DNA of 64,000 bases from an uncultured bacterium (lineage in GTDB: Bacteria > Chlamydiota > Chlamydiia > Chlamydiales > VFKH01), in the NCBI GenBank assembly GCA_964596685.1, contig CAZQVA010000004.1, forward strand, positions 15,004 through 79,003, given 5' to 3'. Below, one piece after another: positions 28,667-36,734 of this stretch (its first letter is position 1; every line of letters begins with the position of its first letter). The position numbers were made by a program, and so were the translations under genes. The notes below the pieces were generated by a model. That model saw nothing but the letters and a program-made list of their open reading frames with translations. It had not been told where the DNA came from and did not search any database.

Positions 28667-29448
28667 TGCGAAACGCTCTCCGTTGGTAAGGGGAGGGTGA
28701 TGCAACAGATATCCTTCAGGCGGCACCGGTTTTCCCCGGATGTGATCCGATATGCGGTTTGGCTCTATTATCGTTTCACGATGAGCCTGCGCGATGTCGA
28801 AGACTTGCTGGCGGAGCGCGGGATCGATGTGAGCTACGAGACCGTAAGATGCTGGGCGAACAAGTTCGGCCCGGCCATCGCGGCCAACATCCGCAAGGCG
28901 CGCGGGCGTGCCGACAGTGTCTGGCACCTCGATGAAATGGTGGTCCGCATCAACGGCAAGAGGATGTACATGTGGCGGGCCGTCGACAAAGAGGGCGAGG
29001 TCCTCGACATGCTGGTGCAAAAGCGTCGGAATAAGGCTGCTGCACTGAAATTACTCAGGAAACTGCTCAAGAACCAGGGCGCGGCACCGGAGCAGATCGT
29101 GACCGATTGTCTGGCTTCGTATAGGGCCGCGATGAAGGCTCTGGGTTGCCGCAGCAAGCACTACCCTGGGCGATTACGGGACAACAACAGGGTGGAGAAC
29201 TCGCACCTGCCAGTCCGACGAAGAGAGCGAAAGATGCAGCGTTTCAAGTCCCAGGGCCAGGCGCAGCGCTTCGTTTCCATCCACTCCGCAATCTACAACA
29301 CCTTCGCCATCCAGCGTCACCTCGTTTCCCGCAAGACCATGCGCATCTTTCGCGCGGCAGCATTTGCCGAATGGAGCGCTGCGTCCGGGACGTGCGCCTA
29401 AATCCTGCCTGATGGGGCGTATCTGGTGCGGTGAGATTTAACCTGACA
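28656..29448 (+). mobile_element. IS6-family insertion sequence (about 0.79 kb; ends approximate)
   Basis: Single IS6/IS26-type transposase gene flanked by imperfect inverted ends sharing TGTCAG (28656-28661; CTGACA at 29443-29448), about 14/21 matches. The flanks are unrelated and no 8-bp duplication is present. Confidence 0.8.
28697..29401 (+). CDS. IS6-family transposase
   Basis: FRRHRFSPDVIRYAVWLYYRFTMSLRDVEDLLAERGIDVSYETV..WHLDEMVVRINGKRMYMWRAVD...TDCLASY...NRVENSH is characteristic of IS6 DDE transposases. The GTG at 28697 is followed immediately by an ATG at 28700. Confidence 0.92.
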   Translation: MMQQISFRRHRFSPDVIRYAVWLYYRFTMSLRDVEDLLAERGIDVSYETVRCWANKFGPAIAANIRKARGRADSVWHLDEMVVRINGKRMYMWRAVDKEGEVLDMLVQKRRNKAAALKLLRKLLKNQGAAPEQIVTDCLASYRAAMKALGCRSKHYPGRLRDNNRVENSHLPVRRRERKMQRFKSQGQAQRFVSIHSAIYNTFAIQRHLVSRKTMRIFRAAAFAEWSAASGTCA

Positions 29449-30041
29449 AGACCGGCCTCTTCCACCACGGGATGCATTTCCTGCGGGCCGGCGCCCCCCG
29501 GAGGTGCGCTCTGCGGCAGAACCAGCGACAGAAACGTGCGTTCGCCGGTGCCGGGATCAGTGCGCAGATTTTTCCTTGAGATGCCAAGATGGGCAAGGCG
29601 CGGATCATTGAGCGTCATGTCCCACGGCATCGTGGCGGTGTCGAGGAATCCCACGCTCCTTGGCGAGCGTTCCGCCGCACCATTTCCCGGTCCGCTCAGC
29701 CAGACAGGCTCACGGCTATAAAAAGCCAGCATGACGCAACCTTCAGGCGACTGGATCGACCGACGGGTAAATCCGGCGGGACGAAACGCATAGCTGTCTG
29801 CCCCGAAAATCTGGGAATCGATCTCGATTCGCCCTTCGAGCACATAGAACTCCTCGTCGGCCGGGCTGTACTCCGTCAGGTCGCGTTGCCATCCAGGGGG
29901 ATAGCGCAGCAGCAAGGAGCAGGCGCCGCCGCGGTCGGCTCGGCTCAGAATCTTGCACTCGGCACCTGGGATTCCGCGGGGGGCGGGGGACCAGGGCAGG
30001 CATTGGGACTGGATGAATTCGATATGAGGGCGTGAAAACAT
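29449..30041 (-). pseudogene. Cupin-domain protein, 3' end truncated by the IS6 element
   Basis: Track ORF 29244-30041 reads a cupin-like sequence (EEFYVLEGRIEI..., HPVVEEAG) and then continues into the IS right end, so the native C-terminus is missing. Confidence 0.65.
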
Positions 30042-30131
30042 GAACCACTTCCCACTACGAACGGTAAAATTTGTCGTTGATGGACATCAAGTTCGCAGTC
30101 GGGATCAGTCTTGCATGGCCATTCATACAAA

Positions 30132-30163
30132 CAAAAAGGGGGGGCAGTTGGCCCCCCCTTTCA
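30132..30163 (-). terminator. Rho-independent terminator (usable in both directions)
   Basis: GGGGGGGC (30138-30145) pairs with GCCCCCCC (30151-30158) around a 5-nt loop. The stem is flanked by an A-run/T-run, giving TTTTTG on the minus strand just after the stop of CDS 30185-30877. Confidence 0.65.
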
Positions 30164-30184
30164 TTTCGTGCCTCGCGGCAAGTA

Positions 30185-30877
30185 TCAGAACGGCTTGACC
30201 GAACCAAGGAAGCAGACCGACGAGATTGTGATCCAGTAGATGTAGGCCGCAATCCGCGCCTGACCGATTTCACGTTCAAGGGCGGCTTCCTGCGCTGGAT
30301 CATCCCGTTCCGCCAGGATGCGGAACCGCACGGTCCAGCGACGCATCACGACGCGCAGGAACAGGCCGATGATCAGGGCGAACGCATAAAGCCCCATCTT
30401 GGTCGGATACCAGAACGTTCCTTCACCAGAAACGATCGGGCCAGAGCCGCCGTAAGCCATCGCCACGACCGCGAACAGGCCAATGATCAGCGGGTAGCGC
30501 AGGAATTCCTCGACCTTCGTTACCGCGATTCCCAGATCGGTCTCACGTTTGATGAAGGCGGTCCAGGTCATCGCCAGCCAGGTGAGGAAGAACAGCCACA
30601 TCCACCAGATACCCATACCCTCAAGCACGGGCACGAAGCCGTAGAGTTTGCCCATGTGCAGACCCAGCGGGAGCAGCAGAACGATGCCCGTGCGCGCCAG
30701 AATGTCGATTCGATAGGCGGTTTCCATGTGCCGCTTGCGCTCGGTGAGCGGCAAATTCCGATTGGTGACGTGGTAGCTCGTCTGGAACACACCCCACTCG
30801 CCGCCGAGCCAGTAAACCATTGCAATGATGTGAACCCACCGCAGGATGGCGAGTTCGTTTGTGATAAGGAATTCCAT
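30185..30877 (-). CDS. Integral membrane protein of unknown function (paralog family, copy 1)
   Basis: The start MEFLITNELAILRWVHIIAMVYWLGGEWGVFQTSY... and the end ...YWITISSVCFLGSVKPF are clearly homologous to CDS 49136-49828 and more distantly to 43738-44397. Confidence 0.75.
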   Translation of the reverse strand: MEFLITNELAILRWVHIIAMVYWLGGEWGVFQTSYHVTNRNLPLTERKRHMETAYRIDILARTGIVLLLPLGLHMGKLYGFVPVLEGMGIWWMWLFFLTWLAMTWTAFIKRETDLGIAVTKVEEFLRYPLIIGLFAVVAMAYGGSGPIVSGEGTFWYPTKMGLYAFALIIGLFLRVVMRRWTVRFRILAERDDPAQEAALEREIGQARIAAYIYWITISSVCFLGSVKPF

Positions 30878-30916
30878 GCCCTGTCCCCTCTGAAAGGCGA
30901 TCCCCGGATCTGCCGA

Positions 30917-30936
30917 CAATTTGTCTGGACAAATTG
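30917..30936. promoter_or_regulatory. Operator-like 20-bp palindrome CAATTTGTC-TG-GACAAATTG (motif site 1)
   Basis: Perfect 9-bp arms in the divergent intergenic region between CDS 30185-30877 and CDS 30985-31698. Related sites lie at 36717-36734, 49928-49945 and 62917-62934. Confidence 0.5.
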
Positions 30937-30984
30937 GTCTTTTGCAGAAAATATCGCGTCTCGCAACACTAAGGAAAAGAGTTG

Positions 30985-31698
30985 ATGAAACATCGCCTGA
31001 TAGAAGGACGCCTCGCATATACCTCGCGCAAGCCGGGGATCGAAGGGCAATCGCGCGGTTTTGAAACTTTCATGTTCACGCGCCACACTGACGGCAAGGT
31101 GACATTGCGCGCGCACTGCGAGATTGATGAGCCCGAACCGACGGTCATGCGCGACATCATCTATTCCATCGACGAACATGGGCAGCCGATGGACTTGCAC
31201 GTGCGGTTGACCGTTGGCGATGCCTTCATGGGCAGCGGCTGGCTGCGTTTTGATGGCGAAACGATCGAATGCGAAAGCTATGGCCCCTCAATCGGCCGAT
31301 TGTCGCAGCGGGTAAAAGCGCAGTTGCCGGTCGATGGCTTTGGAACGCATCCGATTGTGGCGGACGGTTACCTCTTGTCCACCAAGCAGTGGGAAGTCGG
31401 TCAGAAGCAGACATTCAACGTCTATCTGCCGTCACCCGACCATCGCGGTGCTACTCCCCCGCAGATCGCCCATGTGCGGATCGATGGCCTGTTTGTCGGG
31501 CGTGAGGAAGTCACGGTGGAAGCGGGCACCTTCGCCGCCCGCCATTTTCAGTTCATTGACGACGGCACCAGCGGGCTGGCTGGCGAGCATCCGCCCTACG
31601 ACCTGTGGATCACCGACGACGAGGACGGAATCTTCCTCAAAGGCGGCGTGGGCGGTTACATGATGACTTGGTATGAACTCGTCGAACTGAAGCGCTGA
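30985..31698 (+). CDS. Hypothetical protein (237 aa)
   Basis: Long ORF with a GGAAAAGAG purine-rich stretch upstream. No motif recognised. Confidence 0.6.
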   Translation: MKHRLIEGRLAYTSRKPGIEGQSRGFETFMFTRHTDGKVTLRAHCEIDEPEPTVMRDIIYSIDEHGQPMDLHVRLTVGDAFMGSGWLRFDGETIECESYGPSIGRLSQRVKAQLPVDGFGTHPIVADGYLLSTKQWEVGQKQTFNVYLPSPDHRGATPPQIAHVRIDGLFVGREEVTVEAGTFAARHFQFIDDGTSGLAGEHPPYDLWITDDEDGIFLKGGVGGYMMTWYELVELKR

Positions 31699-31717
31699 CC
31701 GGTGGATCCGGGCCAGA

Positions 31718-32731
31718 TCAGGCCCGGATCAGCACTTTACCCATATGCCCACCTCGGTCGAGGTGGGCATATGCTTGCAGCGTCTCGTCAAATGGGAACT
31801 GACAATCGATCACAGGTTGCAGGCCAGTGACGGCGACGTGCTCCAGCAAATCCGCCAACATGGCCAGGCTGCCAGATGTAATCCCTTTCAGCGTCAGGTT
31901 TCGGGCGATAAGGCCGAACATGTGGGGCGCACTTCCGGATTTTGCGGCCAGCCCCCCGATCAAGGCAATCCGGCCATTGGGCGCGGTCGCTGCCAGAGTC
32001 CGTTCGATTTCCCCCAGTCCGATCGTATCGACGACAATATCTGCGCCGCGCCCGCCGGTTTCTTCCAGCAAGGCCGCGGCCCAGTCCGGACGGCTGCGAT
32101 AGTTGATGAGATACCGCGCGCCCAGTGTGCGGCAATGCTCCAGCTTTTCATCGCTTGACGACGTAATCGCGACTTCAGCGCCGAGCGTGCGCGCGATCTG
32201 TAGCGCCATGATGGCGACACCGCCGGTGCCGGGTACCAGCACCAAGTCGCCCGGTCGTACGCCAGCGAAGGCAACCAGCGCGTGCCAGGCAGTCGTACCG
32301 GCTGCAGCAAGGGTAGCGGCCGATTCGTCGCTCACGCTGTCGGGTACAGCGATCAGGGCTGCGGTTGGCAAACAGATATATTCGGCAAGCCAGCCGTCGC
32401 ACGAAACGCCAAGATCCTGAGCGAATGATGCCGGGCTGAACGGCCCGACACGCCACGAGACGAAATGGGGGGCGATCACGCGGCAGCCTGCGGACAGGCC
32501 GAAATCGTCGCCCGCGATCTTCAAGATCGTACCCACGCCATCCGACAAAGGAATACGGTCATGTGGCTTCGGCGGGCCATAGTTCCCGCGCAGCATGAGC
32601 AGGTCGCGGTGGTTGAGGCAGGCCGCATGAACGCGAATCAGCGCTTCGCCCGGTTTCGGTTCCGGAACCGGGCGTTCAACGCAGCGCAGACCTTCAATGC
32701 CCGTTTGTGGGCCAAGTTCCCATGCCCTCAT
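31718..32731 (-). CDS. Zinc-type alcohol dehydrogenase/NAD(P)H:quinone oxidoreductase family (MDR)
   Basis: LIRVHAACLNHRDL..., the GTGGVAIMALQIA Rossmann motif, and GKVLIRA at the C-terminus. Confidence 0.85.
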   Translation of the reverse strand: MRAWELGPQTGIEGLRCVERPVPEPKPGEALIRVHAACLNHRDLLMLRGNYGPPKPHDRIPLSDGVGTILKIAGDDFGLSAGCRVIAPHFVSWRVGPFSPASFAQDLGVSCDGWLAEYICLPTAALIAVPDSVSDESAATLAAAGTTAWHALVAFAGVRPGDLVLVPGTGGVAIMALQIARTLGAEVAITSSSDEKLEHCRTLGARYLINYRSRPDWAAALLEETGGRGADIVVDTIGLGEIERTLAATAPNGRIALIGGLAAKSGSAPHMFGLIARNLTLKGITSGSLAMLADLLEHVAVTGLQPVIDCQFPFDETLQAYAHLDRGGHMGKVLIRA

Positions 32732-34164
32732 GCCGTCCCACCTTCTCCATAGGCCGCCAGCGGCAATGGCGTTCCGCGTTGCCGGATGATTGCCTGACGC
32801 CGGAAGAAGCGAAGCAGTCCACTGTCACCCATGCGGCTTGGACCCATGCCTGAAAGTCCGAAACTGGATTTTTCGGTTTCCCAGACGATCGCGGTGAGCG
32901 AGCCGTCGTTCAGTGAAACACCACCGACATTCAGGCGACGCCCGACCGCCTCCGCCTCCTCAAGCGATCCGGCAAAGACGGCGCCTGAAAGGCCAAACTC
33001 GCTATCGTTGGCAAGGGCCACGGCTTCGTCGACCGATCCAAAGACCGTGACCGGCAGAACCGGGCCAAAGCTTTCCTGCGCCATGACCGCCATGTCTGGC
33101 GTAACATCTACCAACACGGTCGGACGGAGGTACTTGCCGCCGCCCAGCGTTTCCACTTGGCCGCCGGTCATCACCTGTGCACCGGCTGCCACGGCCTGAT
33201 CGATGTGCGCTTGCACGATTTCGGCCTGACGGGCGAAGATGAACGGGCCGATATCGCCCCGATTGATATCGGGATAGTTCAATTGCACGGCCGCCGCTTC
33301 GCGAACGAGGGTGGCGATGAACGGCTCCGCGATTTCCCGCGCAACATAAATCCGCTCGATCGACTGGCACGCCTGCCCCGTGTTGACCACCGATGCGCGC
33401 AGCGCGGTCCGGGCGGCGGCTTCGGGATCGGCGCTGGCCAGAACGATGAACGGATCCTTACCGCCCAGTTCAAGGCTGGCCGGGATAAAGGCGCGCGCCG
33501 CAGCTTCACCGACCTTCCGGCCGGTCGCGACCGATCCGGTGAAGGCAATGTAATCGACCAACGGCACCAGCGCGGCGCCGGTGGCGCCATCACCTTCGAC
33601 CAGCGTCAGAACATCGGCCAGTTCGGGCACGTCGGCCAGAGCCGCCATGAATGGCCGGATAAAGCGCGGGGTAACTTCCGATGGCTTTACCAGCACAGCG
33701 CAGCCGGCCATCAGGGCCGGGATCGCGTCGATCAGCGCCAGAATGAGCGGAAAGTTCCACGGCGAGATCACGCCGACCAACTGATATGGTACCAGCCGCA
33801 GGTCGGTTTCGATGGTAGGGTGGCCGGTCTGGAAGCCGCGGGTGCTATGCCGGTTGACCAGTTCGGGGGCATTGTCTGCCCAGCGGTTCAGCATCGCGGG
33901 AATCGAATCGACTTCGGTTCGGGAGATGCCGGCGCGCCCGGTGTCCGCAGTCAGGGCATCGATCAGGGCACCACGGTGGCGGGCGATCGATGCCCCCAGC
34001 TGCTTCAGGATCGCGCCGCGCTGTTCGATCGGGCGAGCCGTCCAGACGGACTGTGCGGCCCGCATCCGTGTGGCAAGTTCGGCCAGGTCATCGGGGGAAA
34101 GCGGGCTGATGGCATAATCCGCCTGCCCCGTGCGAGGGTTGATTACTGCGATTTCGGCCGTCAT
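32728..34164 (-). CDS. NAD(P)-dependent aldehyde dehydrogenase
   Basis: 478 aa with SPWNFPL, FTGSVATGRKV, ELGGKDP and NTGQACQSIERIYV (catalytic Cys), which are ALDH hallmarks. Confidence 0.92.
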   Translation of the reverse strand: MTAEIAVINPRTGQADYAISPLSPDDLAELATRMRAAQSVWTARPIEQRGAILKQLGASIARHRGALIDALTADTGRAGISRTEVDSIPAMLNRWADNAPELVNRHSTRGFQTGHPTIETDLRLVPYQLVGVISPWNFPLILALIDAIPALMAGCAVLVKPSEVTPRFIRPFMAALADVPELADVLTLVEGDGATGAALVPLVDYIAFTGSVATGRKVGEAAARAFIPASLELGGKDPFIVLASADPEAAARTALRASVVNTGQACQSIERIYVAREIAEPFIATLVREAAAVQLNYPDINRGDIGPFIFARQAEIVQAHIDQAVAAGAQVMTGGQVETLGGGKYLRPTVLVDVTPDMAVMAQESFGPVLPVTVFGSVDEAVALANDSEFGLSGAVFAGSLEEAEAVGRRLNVGGVSLNDGSLTAIVWETEKSSFGLSGMGPSRMGDSGLLRFFRRQAIIRQRGTPLPLAAYGEGGTA

Positions 34165-35084
34165 TGCTGTGCCTTCCAGGCGTCAAGGATATCCGAACCG
34201 GTAGCGAAGCCCGCAGCGGGAAGCGCCGCCAGACGCTCAACCAGGCGGTCGAAAGCGTCGATGCGATAGGGCAGGCCCATGATGTAGGGTGTAAGATGCA
34301 TCGGCAGCATCCGCCCTCCACCAGTTGCCGCTTCGGCCAGCAACCAGGCTGCTGCGTCTTCGATCTGCAAGGCGTAACTGTCGACCGATTGCTGTTGGAC
34401 GTTGATGATTTGCCGATCGGAAAGTTCGTGATTGAGTGGGATGTTGACGATGCTGCCCGCCGGGGTGGCGAACGTATAAGGCAGTTCGTCGTTCACCCAG
34501 TCGCACATGTACTCAATGCCTGCCTCGGCCAGCAGCTGCGGGGTTTCAAAGCTTTGCGAGCGGGCAATCGACAGCCAGCCGCGCGGGCGCTGCCCGGTCA
34601 GGCTGTGCAGGGTCTCGATGGCCTCGCCAATGATGGCTGCTTCGGCGCCGGCGGGCATGTTGCTGGCGATGGCGGCGTTCATGTCTGTGGCGTGCGCGAT
34701 GATTTCATGGCCGCCAGCAAGGATATCCTCGATCAGTGCCGGATAACGTTGCGCGATGGCGGCGTTACAGGCGACAGAGATCCGCGCGCCAACGGCCTCG
34801 AACGCGTCGAGCAGGCGATATATCCCGATCCGCGTGCCATATTCGCGAGCGGTATAGTGGCGGTAATCGGGATATGCGGTCTGCATGTGACCCGGCGCAC
34901 GGAATGGCATGTCCGACGGAACCATCGGGAAATATTCCAGGCTGATGACCGGCCAGATCAGCAGCAGGCGTTCGCCCGGCCAGCGCAGCGGGGGGCGCGT
35001 GGGCAGAGCGGAATAGGGATAGCTGTCATGGTCCATGCCCCGGCGGCGCATGGAATATTCCAGATAGCTCGGATCGAGCGTCAT
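34161..35084 (-). CDS. Polysaccharide deacetylase/PuuE-like family hydrolase
   Basis: The ATG at 35084 overlaps the upstream stop (ATGA). It is similar to the neighbouring 35081-35974 product (W.....LEYF, GHEIIAH, RGWLS, EAGIEY..DW.NDELPY). Confidence 0.75.
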   Translation of the reverse strand: MTLDPSYLEYSMRRRGMDHDSYPYSALPTRPPLRWPGERLLLIWPVISLEYFPMVPSDMPFRAPGHMQTAYPDYRHYTAREYGTRIGIYRLLDAFEAVGARISVACNAAIAQRYPALIEDILAGGHEIIAHATDMNAAIASNMPAGAEAAIIGEAIETLHSLTGQRPRGWLSIARSQSFETPQLLAEAGIEYMCDWVNDELPYTFATPAGSIVNIPLNHELSDRQIINVQQQSVDSYALQIEDAAAWLLAEAATGGGRMLPMHLTPYIMGLPYRIDAFDRLVERLAALPAAGFATGSDILDAWKAQQ

Positions 35085-35974
35085 GCTGCTTCTCCGGTTT
35101 GTGCGCGGTAGCTGTCGACGATTTCTCCGGCACGGGCGATCCAGGCCCGGCCATCGGCCGCGATGTGGCGCAGCACTTCCTCGAACGGGCCGATGCGATG
35201 AGGCTGGCCAATCAGGTAGCTGTGCAGCGGGATACACATCACCGTGCCCGACTTTTCGCCTTCGCTGGCCAATCGCTCGAACTGCCGAATCAGGGTGTCG
35301 GCATATTCGCGCGGGCTCATATTGTAGACGAAGAAGCCGTAGTGATCGTTGACCTCAAGGCTATAGGGGATTGCCGTCAACCGGCCCGACGCGACGCGAA
35401 TGTCTGTCGGCTGGTCATCGTGGTAGAGGTCACAGGTGTAGTCCAGCCCGTATTCCGCGATCAGGTCCAGCGTGCGCGGGGTGTGGGTAAGCGCGGGCGC
35501 AAGCCAGCCGCGGATCGTCTGGCCCGTGGCGCGCTTCACCGTGGCAATGCTGTCCTCGATGATCGCGCGCTCCTGGGCTTCGTCCATCCCATAGCTGTAG
35601 CGGGTGTTGTAGATGCCATGGCTGAAGAATTCCCAGCCGCGCTGCGCGGCGTCGTCCACCACTTCGGGAATATGGTCGCACAGCGCGACCGACAGGCTGA
35701 CGGATCCGGGGAAGCCGTGTTTGCTCATCACGTCTGCCATGCGCCAGTGGGACACCCGGTTGGCATGATCGCGGTGGCTGTAACCCACGACGTCAGGATG
35801 CGGGCGCCCCCAGCTTTTGCGATGGGGATTGGCCGGGGGATCCAGTTCGTAAAATTCCAGATTGGGGGCAACCCATACGGCACAGGACTTGCCACCCGGC
35901 CATTCAAGCCGGGGTCGTTCGCGCCAAGGGGCGTAATCATAGAGGCCGGGATCGGAAACCTGCGTGTCGGTCAT
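35081..35974 (-). CDS. Polysaccharide deacetylase/PuuE-like family hydrolase
   Basis: WPGGKSCAVWVAPNLEFYE..., GWEFFSHGIYN, IRGWLAPAL and EYGLDYTCDLYHDDQP resemble the divergent deacetylase (allantoinase PuuE-like) fold family. Confidence 0.8.
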   Translation of the reverse strand: MTDTQVSDPGLYDYAPWRERPRLEWPGGKSCAVWVAPNLEFYELDPPANPHRKSWGRPHPDVVGYSHRDHANRVSHWRMADVMSKHGFPGSVSLSVALCDHIPEVVDDAAQRGWEFFSHGIYNTRYSYGMDEAQERAIIEDSIATVKRATGQTIRGWLAPALTHTPRTLDLIAEYGLDYTCDLYHDDQPTDIRVASGRLTAIPYSLEVNDHYGFFVYNMSPREYADTLIRQFERLASEGEKSGTVMCIPLHSYLIGQPHRIGPFEEVLRHIAADGRAWIARAGEIVDSYRAQTGEAA

Positions 35975-36633
35975 CAGTAGGCCTCCAGCCAGTCGATCAC
36001 CGCCTGCACTGGTTCGACGTCTGCATATTTCAATTGCAGATCGGTCAGGTTGGCGAAGTGGTAGCTTTCATGCTTGTCGGCAGTCGTCTCGATCGGAACG
36101 ATCGTGCGATAACCGTGACTTAGTGCGTCGACCGCGGTTGCCCGTACACAGCCCGATGTGGATCCACCGGTCACCACAACCGTATCGACCTTGTGCCACA
36201 CAAGGTAGCTGGCCAGCGGCGTTTCGAAAAAGGCGCTGGGCATGCGCTTGGTGTATTGCAGATCGTCCGGCCCCACTTCGCAGCGCGGATCGAGCAGGTG
36301 GCGGTCTGAGCCATACTTGATGTTCTGCAGCGAATCTTCGGTATCGGTGCGGGTGCCCCAGACACCGGCATCCGCGCTGTCCGCCTTGTACGCGACCTGG
36401 CTCCAGATAACCGGCATGCCCTTGGTGCGCGCCAGCGCGGAGATCCGGTTGATATAGGCAATCTGATCGGGGTCCGTTTCGTAAGCGGTGCGGAACAGAT
36501 CAGTGCGGGTATAAGCCTGCTGCACGTCCACGTTCACGATCGCAAGCTTCTGCCCGAAGCCGAACTTGCGACGCGCGGGGTTGCCGATCACTTCCTCGAA
36601 GATTTCGCGGGCGGTGCGGTTATCGCGGACCAT
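35974..36633 (-). CDS. Isochorismatase-family cysteine hydrolase (N-carbamoylsarcosine amidase-like)
   Basis: LAIVNVDVQQAY..., KRMPSAFF.TPL..YL and VDTVVVTGGSTSGCVRATAVDA (catalytic Cys motif). Start taken at MVRDN (36633). Confidence 0.8.
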   Translation of the reverse strand: MVRDNRTAREIFEEVIGNPARRKFGFGQKLAIVNVDVQQAYTRTDLFRTAYETDPDQIAYINRISALARTKGMPVIWSQVAYKADSADAGVWGTRTDTEDSLQNIKYGSDRHLLDPRCEVGPDDLQYTKRMPSAFFETPLASYLVWHKVDTVVVTGGSTSGCVRATAVDALSHGYRTIVPIETTADKHESYHFANLTDLQLKYADVEPVQAVIDWLEAY

Positions 36634-36716
36634 CTTGGTGCCTATCAGGGTCAATGGGAGTCCTCCAAACTCGTGCTTGCATCCATTCTGGCCAAGCGTT
36701 ACCGGGATGTCGAGCA

Positions 36717-36734
36717 AAAATGTCCGGACAACTT
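36717..36734. promoter_or_regulatory. Operator-like palindrome, motif site 2 (core TGTCCGGACA at 36721-36730)
   Basis: Perfect 10-bp palindrome, 14/18 identical to site 1. It lies in the divergent region between the isochorismatase operon and the alpha/beta hydrolase gene and abuts the ATG at 36735. Confidence 0.4.
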
